53,311 bases of DNA from the IMG/VR virus record IMGVR_UViG_3300045988_149090; one strand, 5' to 3'. Both the position numbers and the translations under genes were made by a program. The notes under the pieces are model-generated. The model was not told the origin of the DNA. It did not search any database and was given only the letters and a program-made list of their open reading frames with translations. Below, in pieces: positions 37,302-45,629 of the stretch. Position 1 is the stretch's first letter. Each line of letters begins with the position of its first letter. This DNA comes from a virus.

Positions 37302-38603
37302 ATGCACAGGCAAGGATATATAGTGGAAGAGATTGCCGATTATTCCAATATGGCGGAATCATTCGACCAGGTCCTCCGTGGCTCCAAACGAAAAAAAAGC
37401 CGCCAGGGACGTTACCTGCTTGCGCACAGGGAAGAGGTGCTTCAGGAACTTACCGGAAAAATCAAGACGGGTACATTCACCGTCAAGGATTACCGGGAGA
37501 GGGAAATCGTGGAGGGTGGAAAAATGCGACGTATCCAGATACTCACCATGAAGGACCGCATCGCCGTCCACGCAATCATGGCCGTAGTGGACAGGCACCT
37601 GAAGAAACGGTTCATCCGTACCACCTCAGCCAGCATCAAGAACCGCGGCATGCACGACCTCATGGAGTACATACGCCGCGACATGAAAGAAGACCCGGAA
37701 GGAACACGCTACTGCTACAAATTCGACATCTCCAAGTTCTATGAGAGCGTGGGGCAGGATTTCGTAATGTATTGCGTCCGGAGGGTATTCAAAGACAAGA
37801 AACTCATCGCCATGCTTGACAACTTCGTAAGGCTCATGCCGCAAGGAATCAGCATCGGGCTGAGGTCGTCGCAAGGGTTGGGCAACCTGCTCCTGTCTGT
37901 TTTTTTAGACCATTATTTGAAGGACAAGTACGGCGTCCGCCATTTCTACCGCTATTGCGATGACGGCGTGGTACTCGGTGACGCGAAATCAGAATTGTGG
38001 AAGATTCGTGATGCCGTCCACTTCCAGGTCGCACAAATCGGGCTTACCGTAAAGCCTGATGAACGTGTATTCCCGGTGGACGAGGGCATAGACTTCTTGG
38101 GATATGTCATATACCCCGACCATGTGCGCCTACGCAAGCGCATCAAACAGAAGTTCGCCCGAAAAATGCACGAGGTCAAATCGAGGAAAAGAAGGCGTGA
38201 ACTGGTCGCTTCCTTCTATGGGATGGCCAAGCACGCCGACTGCAATATGTTGTTTAATAAATTAACAGGCAAAAAAATGAGATCATTTAAAGACTTGAAC
38301 GTTTCCTACAAGCCGGAAGACGGCAAGAAACGTTTTCCCGGCTCCGTGGTAAGCATCCGGGAATTAGTGAACTTACCCATCATCGTGAAGGACTTCGAGA
38401 CCGGCATCCGCACCGAACAGGGCGAAGACCGCTGTATCGTAGCCATCGAGATGAATGGCGAGGCCAAGAAGTTCTTCACCAACTCGGAAGAGATGAAGAA
38501 CATCCTCGCGCAAGTGAGTGAAATGCCGGACGGATTTCCGTTTGAGACCATCATCCGGACGGAAACTTTCGGCAAAGGTAGAACCAAGTATGTATTCAGC
38601 TGA
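37302..38603 (+). CDS. DGR reverse transcriptase (433 aa)
   Basis: YCDD catalytic box. DGR-type SQ motif (IGLRSSQGLGNLLLS). The TR lies immediately upstream. About 130 aa follow the RT core. Confidence 0.9.
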   Translation: MHRQGYIVEEIADYSNMAESFDQVLRGSKRKKSRQGRYLLAHREEVLQELTGKIKTGTFTVKDYREREIVEGGKMRRIQILTMKDRIAVHAIMAVVDRHLKKRFIRTTSASIKNRGMHDLMEYIRRDMKEDPEGTRYCYKFDISKFYESVGQDFVMYCVRRVFKDKKLIAMLDNFVRLMPQGISIGLRSSQGLGNLLLSVFLDHYLKDKYGVRHFYRYCDDGVVLGDAKSELWKIRDAVHFQVAQIGLTVKPDERVFPVDEGIDFLGYVIYPDHVRLRKRIKQKFARKMHEVKSRKRRRELVASFYGMAKHADCNMLFNKLTGKKMRSFKDLNVSYKPEDGKKRFPGSVVSIRELVNLPIIVKDFETGIRTEQGEDRCIVAIEMNGEAKKFFTNSEEMKNILAQVSEMPDGFPFETIIRTETFGKGRTKYVFS

Positions 38604-39088
38604 TGAAAAAAGTGGAAGGAAACACCGGGGTACGGTTGCTTGAATGCATAAACCCCATTAAAAACAAATGGCGTGTCCGATGGGACGTGCAGCCGGGAGA
38701 GAATGGATCGGCCACCTACATGGAAGAGGAGTTCGACCATCGACCCACCGAAGACGAGATACGCTCCACGGTCATAACATGGCACAACCGGGAAACCGAC
38801 AAGGATATCCTATCAGGTTTCACCTACGAGAATGTCCCGGTATGGTTGTCAAGCGAGAACCAGTTCAACTACAAGGCAGCCTACGACCTTGCCGTGCAAA
38901 CAGCAGGGGCGACTCTTCCGGTCGTGTTCAAATTCGGGACGGACACCGAACCGGTCTATCGCGAGTTTGCCACACTGGAAGACCTGACAGACTTCTATAC
39001 GAAAGCCATGCAGCATATCCAAAACACGCTGGCCGACGGATGGAAAAAGAAAGATGTATTTGATTTGTCGCTATATGCGGTAGATTAA
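38603..39088 (+). CDS. 161-aa protein translationally coupled to the RT (TGATG overlap); function unknown
   Basis: Its ATG shares one nt with the RT stop codon. I recognised no family. Confidence 0.55.
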   Translation: MKKVEGNTGVRLLECINPIKNKWRVRWDVQPGENGSATYMEEEFDHRPTEDEIRSTVITWHNRETDKDILSGFTYENVPVWLSSENQFNYKAAYDLAVQTAGATLPVVFKFGTDTEPVYREFATLEDLTDFYTKAMQHIQNTLADGWKKKDVFDLSLYAVD

Positions 39089-39169
39089 AAAAAGCCTTCC
39101 GGGGTAAGGCTGTAAAAAAAGCCCCCGGCCTGTTAATTAGTCGTCTCACTTACTTATTAACACAAAGAT

Positions 39170-39227
39170 ACCTCTTACAGGCACGACCGGGGGCATAGAC
39201 CCTCGTTCGCCTGCAAGAGGTTTTTTT
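39170..39227 (+). terminator. Rho-independent terminator after the DGR module
   Basis: ACCTCTTACAGGC (39170-82) pairs with GCCTGCAAGAGGT (39209-21) at 12/13, followed by T7. Confidence 0.6.
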
Positions 39228-39286
39228 GTGTACGCTTCTGCGCATAAATAAGTGAGACAGTGCAAAAGTACTAATTTTTGTTGAAT

Positions 39287-39529
39287 ATGAAAGTAATTGA
39301 GATACTGAAATTGAATAAAGGAATGCTGAAAACATGCCGGAAAGTAGGAATCCGGATGGAAGACGTACAGTATATCGAACTATACAATGACTACAACAGG
39401 CTGTTGGACGAAGGCGAAAAGGTTTCCTACATCGTGGCAGTACTGGCCGAACGTTATAATGTTTGCGAGCGAAAGGTATACACGCTCATCAAACGGCTGC
39501 AAAGCGACTGTAACCCGTTTGCAGTGTAA
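39287..39529 (+). CDS. Mor-like small transcriptional activator (80 aa)
   Basis: C-terminal HTH-like VAVLAERYNVCERKVYTLIKRL resembles the Mu Mor/C family layout. ATG at 39287. Confidence 0.4.
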   Translation: MKVIEILKLNKGMLKTCRKVGIRMEDVQYIELYNDYNRLLDEGEKVSYIVAVLAERYNVCERKVYTLIKRLQSDCNPFAV

Positions 39530-39597
39530 TGGGACAGCCTCCCCATTGAAGAGGGATAACGGCGCGGTACCTTTGCGGGGTATCAAAACAACACACC

Positions 39598-40236
39598 ATG
39601 AACAAGTATTATCAAATCCTAAAAAAGGTACTTGCCGACGGCAAGACACAAAAAGGCAGGAAAGGTGAAAGCCGTTACCTGCTGAACGAGACGGTAACAC
39701 TGTCCCCTGCGGAACTGCTCGATATTTTCGAGGGACACAATATCGCACGGAAGAAGCTCAGAAGCGAACTGTCGCTCTTCATGAGCGGGGAAAGACAGGT
39801 TGAGAAATACCGGGAAGCCGGGATAAACTGGTGGGACTACTGCGGCTCCATCCTCGTGAACTCCTACCCTACCTATTTCGAGAAGCTGCCACCTCTGATT
39901 GGCAAAATCAACCGGGAAAAACGAAGCAGCAAGAACTACGTGCTGTTCCTCGGTTCGACCGGCACGGAAAGCAACCAGGCACCATGCCTCAGCCTCGTAC
40001 AGTTCCAGATCGAACAAGGCGAACTGGTCCTGACGGCCTACCAGCGTAGCTCGGACGCCAACCTCGGATTACCGGCGGACATCTATCACCTGTACCTTAT
40101 ATCCCGGCAAATAGAACTACCCCTGAAATCCATCACAATCAACCTCGGCAACGTGCATATTTACGAGAACAACGTCACACGCACACAAGAACTGCTTGCC
40201 GGAAATCCTAACGTAAAATTCGAATTGAACGTATGA
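39598..40236 (+). CDS. Short thymidylate-synthase-family enzyme (212 aa) with Asp at the ThyA Asn177-equivalent; candidate dCMP (hydroxy)methylase
   Basis: By-eye alignment to ThyA: YYQILKKVLADGKTQKGRKG / APCLSLVQFQI (catalytic Cys) / YQRSSDANLGLPADIY / GNVHIYENN. Confidence 0.65.
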   Translation: MNKYYQILKKVLADGKTQKGRKGESRYLLNETVTLSPAELLDIFEGHNIARKKLRSELSLFMSGERQVEKYREAGINWWDYCGSILVNSYPTYFEKLPPLIGKINREKRSSKNYVLFLGSTGTESNQAPCLSLVQFQIEQGELVLTAYQRSSDANLGLPADIYHLYLISRQIELPLKSITINLGNVHIYENNVTRTQELLAGNPNVKFELNV

Positions 40237-41072
40237 AAAAGACGTATCTGTCAGCCCCGCTGCCATTCGTGGGCCAAAAGCGCATGTTCGCACGCAAGTT
40301 TATGAAAGTATTGGAACAATATCCGGAAAGCACGGTATTCGTTGACCTTTTCGGCGGTTCCGGCCTGTTATCACACATCACCAAACGATGCAAGCCGGAA
40401 GCCACGGTCATATACAACGATTTCGACAATTACCACAAGCGGTTGGAAAACATCCCAAGGACAAACCGGCTGATCGCCGACCTGCGTTCCATGGTAGGGA
40501 ATTCCGTTCCACGGCACAAGACCATAACCGGAGAACTGCGTGAGCGCATCTTCAGCCGTATCCTCCAGGAGGAGCACGAGACCGGTTACGTGGACTTCAT
40601 CACCCTGTCCTCCTCTTTGATGTTCTCCATGAAATATAAACTGAGCGTACCGGAGATGCGGAAGGAAGCCCTTTATAACAACATCCGGAAAGCGGACTAT
40701 CCGGAGTGCACGGATTATCTGGAGGGGCTGGAAATCGTCTCCTGCGATTATAAGGAGCTGTTCAACCGCTACAAAGACACGCCGGGCGTGGTGTTCCTGG
40801 TGGACCCGCCGTACCTTTCCACCGACGTGGGTACTTACAATATGAGTTGGCGTATGTCGGATTACCTCGACGTGCTGAACGTGCTATCCGGGCATCCGTT
40901 CGTCTATTTCACCTCAAACAAATCCTCCATCCTGGAGCTGTGCGAATGGATCGGGAAAAACAAAAATACCGGCAACCCGTTCGAGGGATGTACCCGGATG
41001 GAGTTCAACGCCCACATAAACTACAGCTCATCCTACACGGACATGATGCTGTTCAAAAAAGAGGCTGCCTGA
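40233..41072 (+). CDS. Dam-like N6-adenine DNA methyltransferase
   Basis: Motif I FVDLFGGSGLL is N-terminal and motif IV DPPY is at about aa 190 (alpha-group order). ATGA overlap with the ThyA-like gene. Confidence 0.8.
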   Translation: MKKTYLSAPLPFVGQKRMFARKFMKVLEQYPESTVFVDLFGGSGLLSHITKRCKPEATVIYNDFDNYHKRLENIPRTNRLIADLRSMVGNSVPRHKTITGELRERIFSRILQEEHETGYVDFITLSSSLMFSMKYKLSVPEMRKEALYNNIRKADYPECTDYLEGLEIVSCDYKELFNRYKDTPGVVFLVDPPYLSTDVGTYNMSWRMSDYLDVLNVLSGHPFVYFTSNKSSILELCEWIGKNKNTGNPFEGCTRMEFNAHINYSSSYTDMMLFKKEAA

Positions 41073-41101
41073 CGGCGTTTCTTTGCCCCCTGTTGAAATA
41101 G

Positions 41102-41137
41102 AAAGCCTCCGGCGGTAATTTGTCCGCCGGAGGCTTT
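41102..41137. terminator. Bidirectional stem-loop between convergent genes
   Basis: AAAGCCTCCGGCGG-taatttgt-CCGCCGGAGGCTTT, a 14-bp perfect stem. Confidence 0.7.
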
Positions 41138-41156
41138 ACTGTCCGAACATGGCCGT

Positions 41157-41597
41157 TTATCGAAGCCGTTTGAAGGCCACGCACGAATACACCTCGATAT
41201 TTTCCACGATCTCCTCGTGGTTGTGGTTCGTCTGGCTCTCCACAAGGTCAAATGCCATGAAAGTATCGCCATCCATGCACGAGAGCCGCTCATGTATCAG
41301 TTCCGGCAGGTCAAACACCTCCAACGCCTCTTCCTTGAACGGGCTGCCCTCGTTGGCCGCACCGGCCCAGTCCGTCACGATATGCAGTTTCACTTCCGGT
41401 TCGGCCCGATATTCCACCCCGTCCACAATCGCGTTCCAGCGTATCGGGCAGAACTCCACGAATACGGCAGGGCGTTCCCAATTCTCCTCCTGCTCGATAA
41501 ACTCCACATTGTGGTTCCACAGGTCGATGTGTTTTATCAAGCCTCCGCCCACCTCCTTCAGCTCCTTGCAGAGCATATTATAAAGTTCCTTTCTCAT
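41157..41597 (-). CDS. Hypothetical virion/neck protein (146 aa)
   Basis: ATGA-coupled to the gpG-like gene. No motif recognised. Confidence 0.4.
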   Translation of the reverse strand: MRKELYNMLCKELKEVGGGLIKHIDLWNHNVEFIEQEENWERPAVFVEFCPIRWNAIVDGVEYRAEPEVKLHIVTDWAGAANEGSPFKEEALEVFDLPELIHERLSCMDGDTFMAFDLVESQTNHNHEEIVENIEVYSCVAFKRLR

Positions 41598-42163
41598 TTC
41601 CGTCTTATATCAAATTCAACATTGAAATATTCCGTTATATTCTCCTCTATGATTTCACGGACAGCCTTCTCCACTTCGGGAGAAACCCCCAAGAAACGCC
41701 TTCGGGGAATCTTGATCATGCTGCCCTCCTTTTTCAACGCCATGAACTTCCAGAACTCCGCCTCGCCGGTCAGCTGCACGGTACGTTTGTCCTTGCGTTT
41801 CTCTCCATTCTTCCTGCGCCCGAAAGAACCGGTCGCCTCGTAGTATTTATGCCAAAAATAACGCTTCATCTTTTTTGTCACCCTTATCTCCCCGCCGTCA
41901 TTGTGGATGACCGCATACGGAAGGTCGGTGTAAAACGTGATGCTGTTCTCCGTGGTCCGGCTGGAAACGCTCCGCCTGAGCCGGCCGGTATCTATCAAAA
42001 TAGAACCTCCGGGACGTGTCGGGCTTTTACGCCGCTGCCATGCCTCGGAGAAAAAAGCCTGACGCTCAAAATTACGGTCGAACTCATCTGTCATCTCCAC
42101 CCGGATATCCTGCAGGATCCGGGCGATTATCTTCTGCACGTCCTTGTTCATAGTCATCGTCAT
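41594..42163 (-). CDS. Mu gpG / HK97 gp10-like virion morphogenesis protein
   Basis: LIDTGRLRRSV motif, plus ...AVIHNDGG. 189 aa. Confidence 0.5.
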   Translation of the reverse strand: MTMTMNKDVQKIIARILQDIRVEMTDEFDRNFERQAFFSEAWQRRKSPTRPGGSILIDTGRLRRSVSSRTTENSITFYTDLPYAVIHNDGGEIRVTKKMKRYFWHKYYEATGSFGRRKNGEKRKDKRTVQLTGEAEFWKFMALKKEGSMIKIPRRRFLGVSPEVEKAVREIIEENITEYFNVEFDIRRK

Positions 42164-42386
42164 TAAAGAGTAAAAGCTGGCGGGTCTCCTCGTCAGCTAT
42201 CTTCTTGCTCGCATCCGCGCTCGCGTTGAGTATATTGTAGAATGTACGTTCGGTAACGGCATATACAGGATATACGTACCGCCGCCAGATCTCGCGGTTC
42301 GGTACACCGCGTTTGGCATATTGGTCGTATATCCTGTTTATCTCCTCCACACGTTTCTCATAACTTACTCCGCGTCGCTTTGCCAT
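42084..42386 (-). CDS. Small hypothetical (possible DNA-binding) protein, 100 aa
   Basis: ATG start. Its last approximately 26 codons overlap the next gene in another frame. Confidence 0.35.
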   Translation of the reverse strand: MAKRRGVSYEKRVEEINRIYDQYAKRGVPNREIWRRYVYPVYAVTERTFYNILNASADASKKIADEETRQLLLFNDDDYEQGRAEDNRPDPAGYPGGDDR

Positions 42387-42389
42387 CGC

Positions 42390-42620
42390 TTACTCCTTCT
42401 TTGGATTATATGGTTGAATGTCCAGTTCCATCTTCGCGCTCACTATCACCCGGCCGCTGCCGCCACATTGGGGACAAGCCTCCTCGGTAATATTCACTTT
42501 CTTTTTTCTGAAAATCCGAGAAGGAAGTTCGGTCGTTCTCTGTACGACACCCGTGCCGCGACAAGCACGGCACAAGGCTACTTTGGGGCTCTTCTCTACA
42601 TTCTGTATCATACTCTTCAT
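42390..42620 (-). CDS. Zinc-ribbon protein (CRACRGTG...CPQCGGSG)
   Basis: ATG at 42620, 2 nt after the upstream stop. It has two CxxCxGxG motifs like DnaJ Cys-rich repeats. Confidence 0.5.
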   Translation of the reverse strand: MKSMIQNVEKSPKVALCRACRGTGVVQRTTELPSRIFRKKKVNITEEACPQCGGSGRVIVSAKMELDIQPYNPKKE

Positions 42621-42622
42621 TT

Positions 42623-43288
42623 TTAGGATTCTGTCATACCCAACGGGATGGGCTTCCACATCCCGTTATTGTCTCTTATCTCAGCTCTGATGAACTGCTT
42701 GCTCACCTCCGGCTGGTAACTCTCCTCGATGATGCGCACGCCTTCCATGAAACGCTCGTCACCGGTTTCCATCGCTACCTTGCGCAATTGAACGATGCGC
42801 GAGGCTTTCAACGTACCTTTGGCATCACGTGCCAACAGGCGGAGAACCATGCTCACCAGCGCCTTGGTCTTTTCGTCCTTGGCGAGGCTTTCGATATACT
42901 CCTTCACGATGGCAATTCCGTCCTCCACCGTATCGCGGTAACCGTCTGTCACATACACGCCCAACGTGATACGCTTGCTTCCCTCGCTGTTGGTGAATGT
43001 GTGACTGCGCTGATCGTCCTTTGCTTTCGTCTTGAACAGGTCGGACTTCATTTCAAGGATGGTCTTGAAATTCTCCATCACCGTCCGCTTGCTCTCCTTG
43101 ATGCGCTCGCTGATACCCAGCAACACCGGAATAGAGCGTTCGATCTCCTCGTCCACCATCTGCTTATACATCTCGCGGTCGGCTCTCGCCTTCTCTTCCG
43201 CGACTTTCTTGGCTTTCGCCTGACGGAAGGCATCAAACTCCGCCTTCTCGGTTTCCGTCATTACGACGGTCTGGTTCTTCTCTTCCAT
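42623..43288 (-). CDS. Mu-like early protein (DUF3164-like?), 221 aa
   Basis: Located in the early operon downstream of GemA-like. The family call is from memory only. Confidence 0.4.
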   Translation of the reverse strand: MEEKNQTVVMTETEKAEFDAFRQAKAKKVAEEKARADREMYKQMVDEEIERSIPVLLGISERIKESKRTVMENFKTILEMKSDLFKTKAKDDQRSHTFTNSEGSKRITLGVYVTDGYRDTVEDGIAIVKEYIESLAKDEKTKALVSMVLRLLARDAKGTLKASRIVQLRKVAMETGDERFMEGVRIIEESYQPEVSKQFIRAEIRDNNGMWKPIPLGMTES

Positions 43289-43316
43289 AATTCAAATCGT
43301 TTTTGTTGTTAATCCA

Positions 43317-43517
43317 TCAATTCTCATACTCCTCACCATAATCTGGCGTTTCCAACTCGCTTTCCAACAGGGCTTCCTCATATTTCTCATAAGACCACTC
43401 GTTCAGCCTGTTGAAAAACTCTTCCCGATCATCCCGGTCCATTTCCGGGAACACGTCAAGTATCTGGTTCTTGACATTCTCAAGCAGTTCATTAAATCTC
43501 TTATCCATATCCGTCAA
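43317..43517 (-). CDS. Small acidic hypothetical protein (66 aa)
   Basis: ATG start. Co-directional in the early operon. Confidence 0.4.
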   Translation of the reverse strand: MTDMDKRFNELLENVKNQILDVFPEMDRDDREEFFNRLNEWSYEKYEEALLESELETPDYGEEYEN

Positions 43518-44005
43518 TTTTTAGGAGCTTTGGTGTTTATGAGCATATAGGTCACCGCCGCCGGTTGTTTTACTTCCTCTTTCTTTTTTTCCTTGAGCCC
43601 GCCCTTGCGCCGGATAGAGCGCAGCTTTACAGCCAGTTGTTCCAGTTCGTCCGAAGAGATTTGACTGAACGCCTTTCCCGCAATCCGGGGATTCCGGCAG
43701 AAGTCATTGACACGCGCCCAGTCCGAAGTGTCGATTCCCATTTTTTGCATGAGTCTCAAACACACGCTGCGCCAATATTTAAGTTCCTCCTGCATCTTCT
43801 GACGACGCTCGTCCACACCGGCCAATTTCTCCAATCCCTCACAACAGGTCTTATATTCAAGCCTCGTCATTTCACGAAGACTGTCTGTCCGGTTCCATGT
43901 ATACTGCAACACGATGGACTTCTTGAACTCTTCCCGGTCTCCGTTGAACGGCAGCTTGTTGAACAAAGCGTAAAACCGGGCGAAATTGGTTATTTCCTGT
44001 GCCAT
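43514..44005 (-). CDS. GemA/gp16-like (DUF1018-like?) early protein
   Basis: 163 aa in the Mu-like semi-essential early region. The assignment is weak, based on general similarity. Confidence 0.35.
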   Translation of the reverse strand: MAQEITNFARFYALFNKLPFNGDREEFKKSIVLQYTWNRTDSLREMTRLEYKTCCEGLEKLAGVDERRQKMQEELKYWRSVCLRLMQKMGIDTSDWARVNDFCRNPRIAGKAFSQISSDELEQLAVKLRSIRRKGGLKEKKKEEVKQPAAVTYMLINTKAPKN

Positions 44006-44006
44006 A

Positions 44007-44252
44007 TCATCCTTTCACTTTTTTCTCCACCGAAAGGATAGCCAGACTTATCATCATAAGTTTTACAGACTGACTGTCCTCCTCAAGCAAATCAATATCC
44101 GCAACCACAGGCTCACCGCTCATGGCGTTCCATACTTGCTCTACCTCTTCCGTCTTCTTTTGGTTCATCAAAAAGAGATACGCATCATACTCGGAACGAT
44201 CAAACTCAAATACGACCTGAACTTTCTGTTTTTCTTCCATAGTTCCTATCAT
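44007..44252 (-). CDS. Hypothetical early protein (81 aa)
   Basis: ATGA overlap with the upstream gene. Confidence 0.4.
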   Translation of the reverse strand: MIGTMEEKQKVQVVFEFDRSEYDAYLFLMNQKKTEEVEQVWNAMSGEPVVADIDLLEEDSQSVKLMMISLAILSVEKKVKG

Positions 44253-44464
44253 TTATTGTTTTCTTTCTTCGTTACTTCATATCCTTTTTCTTTAAGATAC
44301 GTTGCCACATAATCATCATTGCCAAGGTCATTCAGCACATCAAAAAGATAACTTGACACATACCCTGCAACGGCATGTGCCGATGCATAATCAATTTTTT
44401 CAGAGATAAACTCCACCTTCTTGGTTCTACCCAATCCTCGAAATGCTTTTTCAATGTCATTCAT
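44249..44464 (-). CDS. Hypothetical early protein (71 aa from the ATG at 44464)
   Basis: The track start at 44527 is TTG and overlaps the upstream gene. Confidence 0.4.
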   Translation of the reverse strand: MNDIEKAFRGLGRTKKVEFISEKIDYASAHAVAGYVSSYLFDVLNDLGNDDYVATYLKEKGYEVTKKENNK

Positions 44465-44483
44465 AATTCTATATTTTAAACTG

Positions 44484-44780
44484 TTATTCAAACAATACTT
44501 TAATGCCGCATGAACTCGCCACGTCAAGTTCCAGCTTCGCGCCTTTACTCAGTTCCCAGTCCTTCAGCATATAGATATACTCACAATCCAGAAGCAGGGC
44601 GATATCCGCCCGCATGTGCTCTCTCCAATGGGCCTCATCCGGTAGCCCGTTCTTAAAAGGATTGACCGGGGAAAAGCCCATATTTCTCAAATTCTGTTCC
44701 GCATTGGCAAACGCACCCTTGCGCTCGTCAATGTTATAGTGGGCTATTGCCCCGCTGATGTAAACCTTGTCTTTTTCCAT
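44484..44780 (-). CDS. DUF4406 / nucleoside deoxyribosyltransferase-like small protein
   Basis: MEKDKVYISGAIA... start at 44780. ...DWELSKGAKLE near the C-terminus. Confidence 0.4.
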   Translation of the reverse strand: MEKDKVYISGAIAHYNIDERKGAFANAEQNLRNMGFSPVNPFKNGLPDEAHWREHMRADIALLLDCEYIYMLKDWELSKGAKLELDVASSCGIKVLFE

Positions 44781-44781
44781 A

Positions 44782-45402
44782 TCACAAATTATTACTCGTT
44801 TGAATGATTCCTTCTTCCCACACCACATAATAGCTGCCGGCCTCACCGATGGCACGGCCTTGACAATATGCCTTATAACCGACCACCCGGATCTTCATGT
44901 CGCAGATATAACGCAAACGGATCGCACCGCCTCCCATCGGCTGGCTCTTCTTTTCCTGGCTGATCCAGATGAAGCACTTTTTCGGGAAACGCTTCATCAA
45001 GGCTACCGCATCCGGATACTCCCATTCCGACACCTGATACGAATCCACGATGATAAACTTCGGGGACTTCGGCCTCTTCAATCGGTCTATCAGTTCCTCA
45101 TAGGTCTCGTCCACAACCACACGGAACTTGCCTTGCACCTCGTTCATCTTCAAATATTCCATACGGCGTTGGAATGTCTGGTTCACGCCCTCTTCATAAC
45201 TCAAGTACAACACAAGGCCGTATTTGCACAGTTCCTTGCCAAGCTGCATCACAAAGCTGCTCTTTCCGCTGGCACTGGCACCGCTGATGAACCAGGAGGC
45301 ATTCTCCGCAGGGAACCCGAAAGGCTTGTTCCATTTCTCACCCCACGGCAACGTCACCCATTTCTTGGCGGCTATGTCTTTCGGACTATATGCTCGTTTC
45401 AT
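44782..45402 (-). CDS. RecA-fold P-loop ATPase (Sak4/AAA_24-like?)
   Basis: Walker A SGASASGKSSF and Walker B FIIVDSYQ. 206 aa. Confidence 0.5.
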   Translation of the reverse strand: MKRAYSPKDIAAKKWVTLPWGEKWNKPFGFPAENASWFISGASASGKSSFVMQLGKELCKYGLVLYLSYEEGVNQTFQRRMEYLKMNEVQGKFRVVVDETYEELIDRLKRPKSPKFIIVDSYQVSEWEYPDAVALMKRFPKKCFIWISQEKKSQPMGGGAIRLRYICDMKIRVVGYKAYCQGRAIGEAGSYYVVWEEGIIQTSNNL

Positions 45403-45626
45403 GGCTCTTTTTCTATTGATTCAATCCTATATTTCAGAAACCCTTTGATGATATGCGGAGGATGGTGTATCGGGCAGAATTGCCCTACGTGAAGCCCCCA
45501 ATACGGGACATAAGCATCTTTCCATATTTCATTTTGAAATGGTCCGGCTTCCTCCACAAGACCACCTTCATTTACTTTGAGCCATAACAGGTCTTGGCCT
45601 TTGTCCTCTAAAACTATCTTAACCAT
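45399..45626 (-). CDS. Hypothetical early protein (75 aa)
   Basis: Located between the MuB-like and ATPase genes, with ATGA-type overlap. Confidence 0.4.
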   Translation of the reverse strand: MVKIVLEDKGQDLLWLKVNEGGLVEEAGPFQNEIWKDAYVPYWGLHVGQFCPIHHPPHIIKGFLKYRIESIEKEP

Positions 45627-45629
45627 TTC

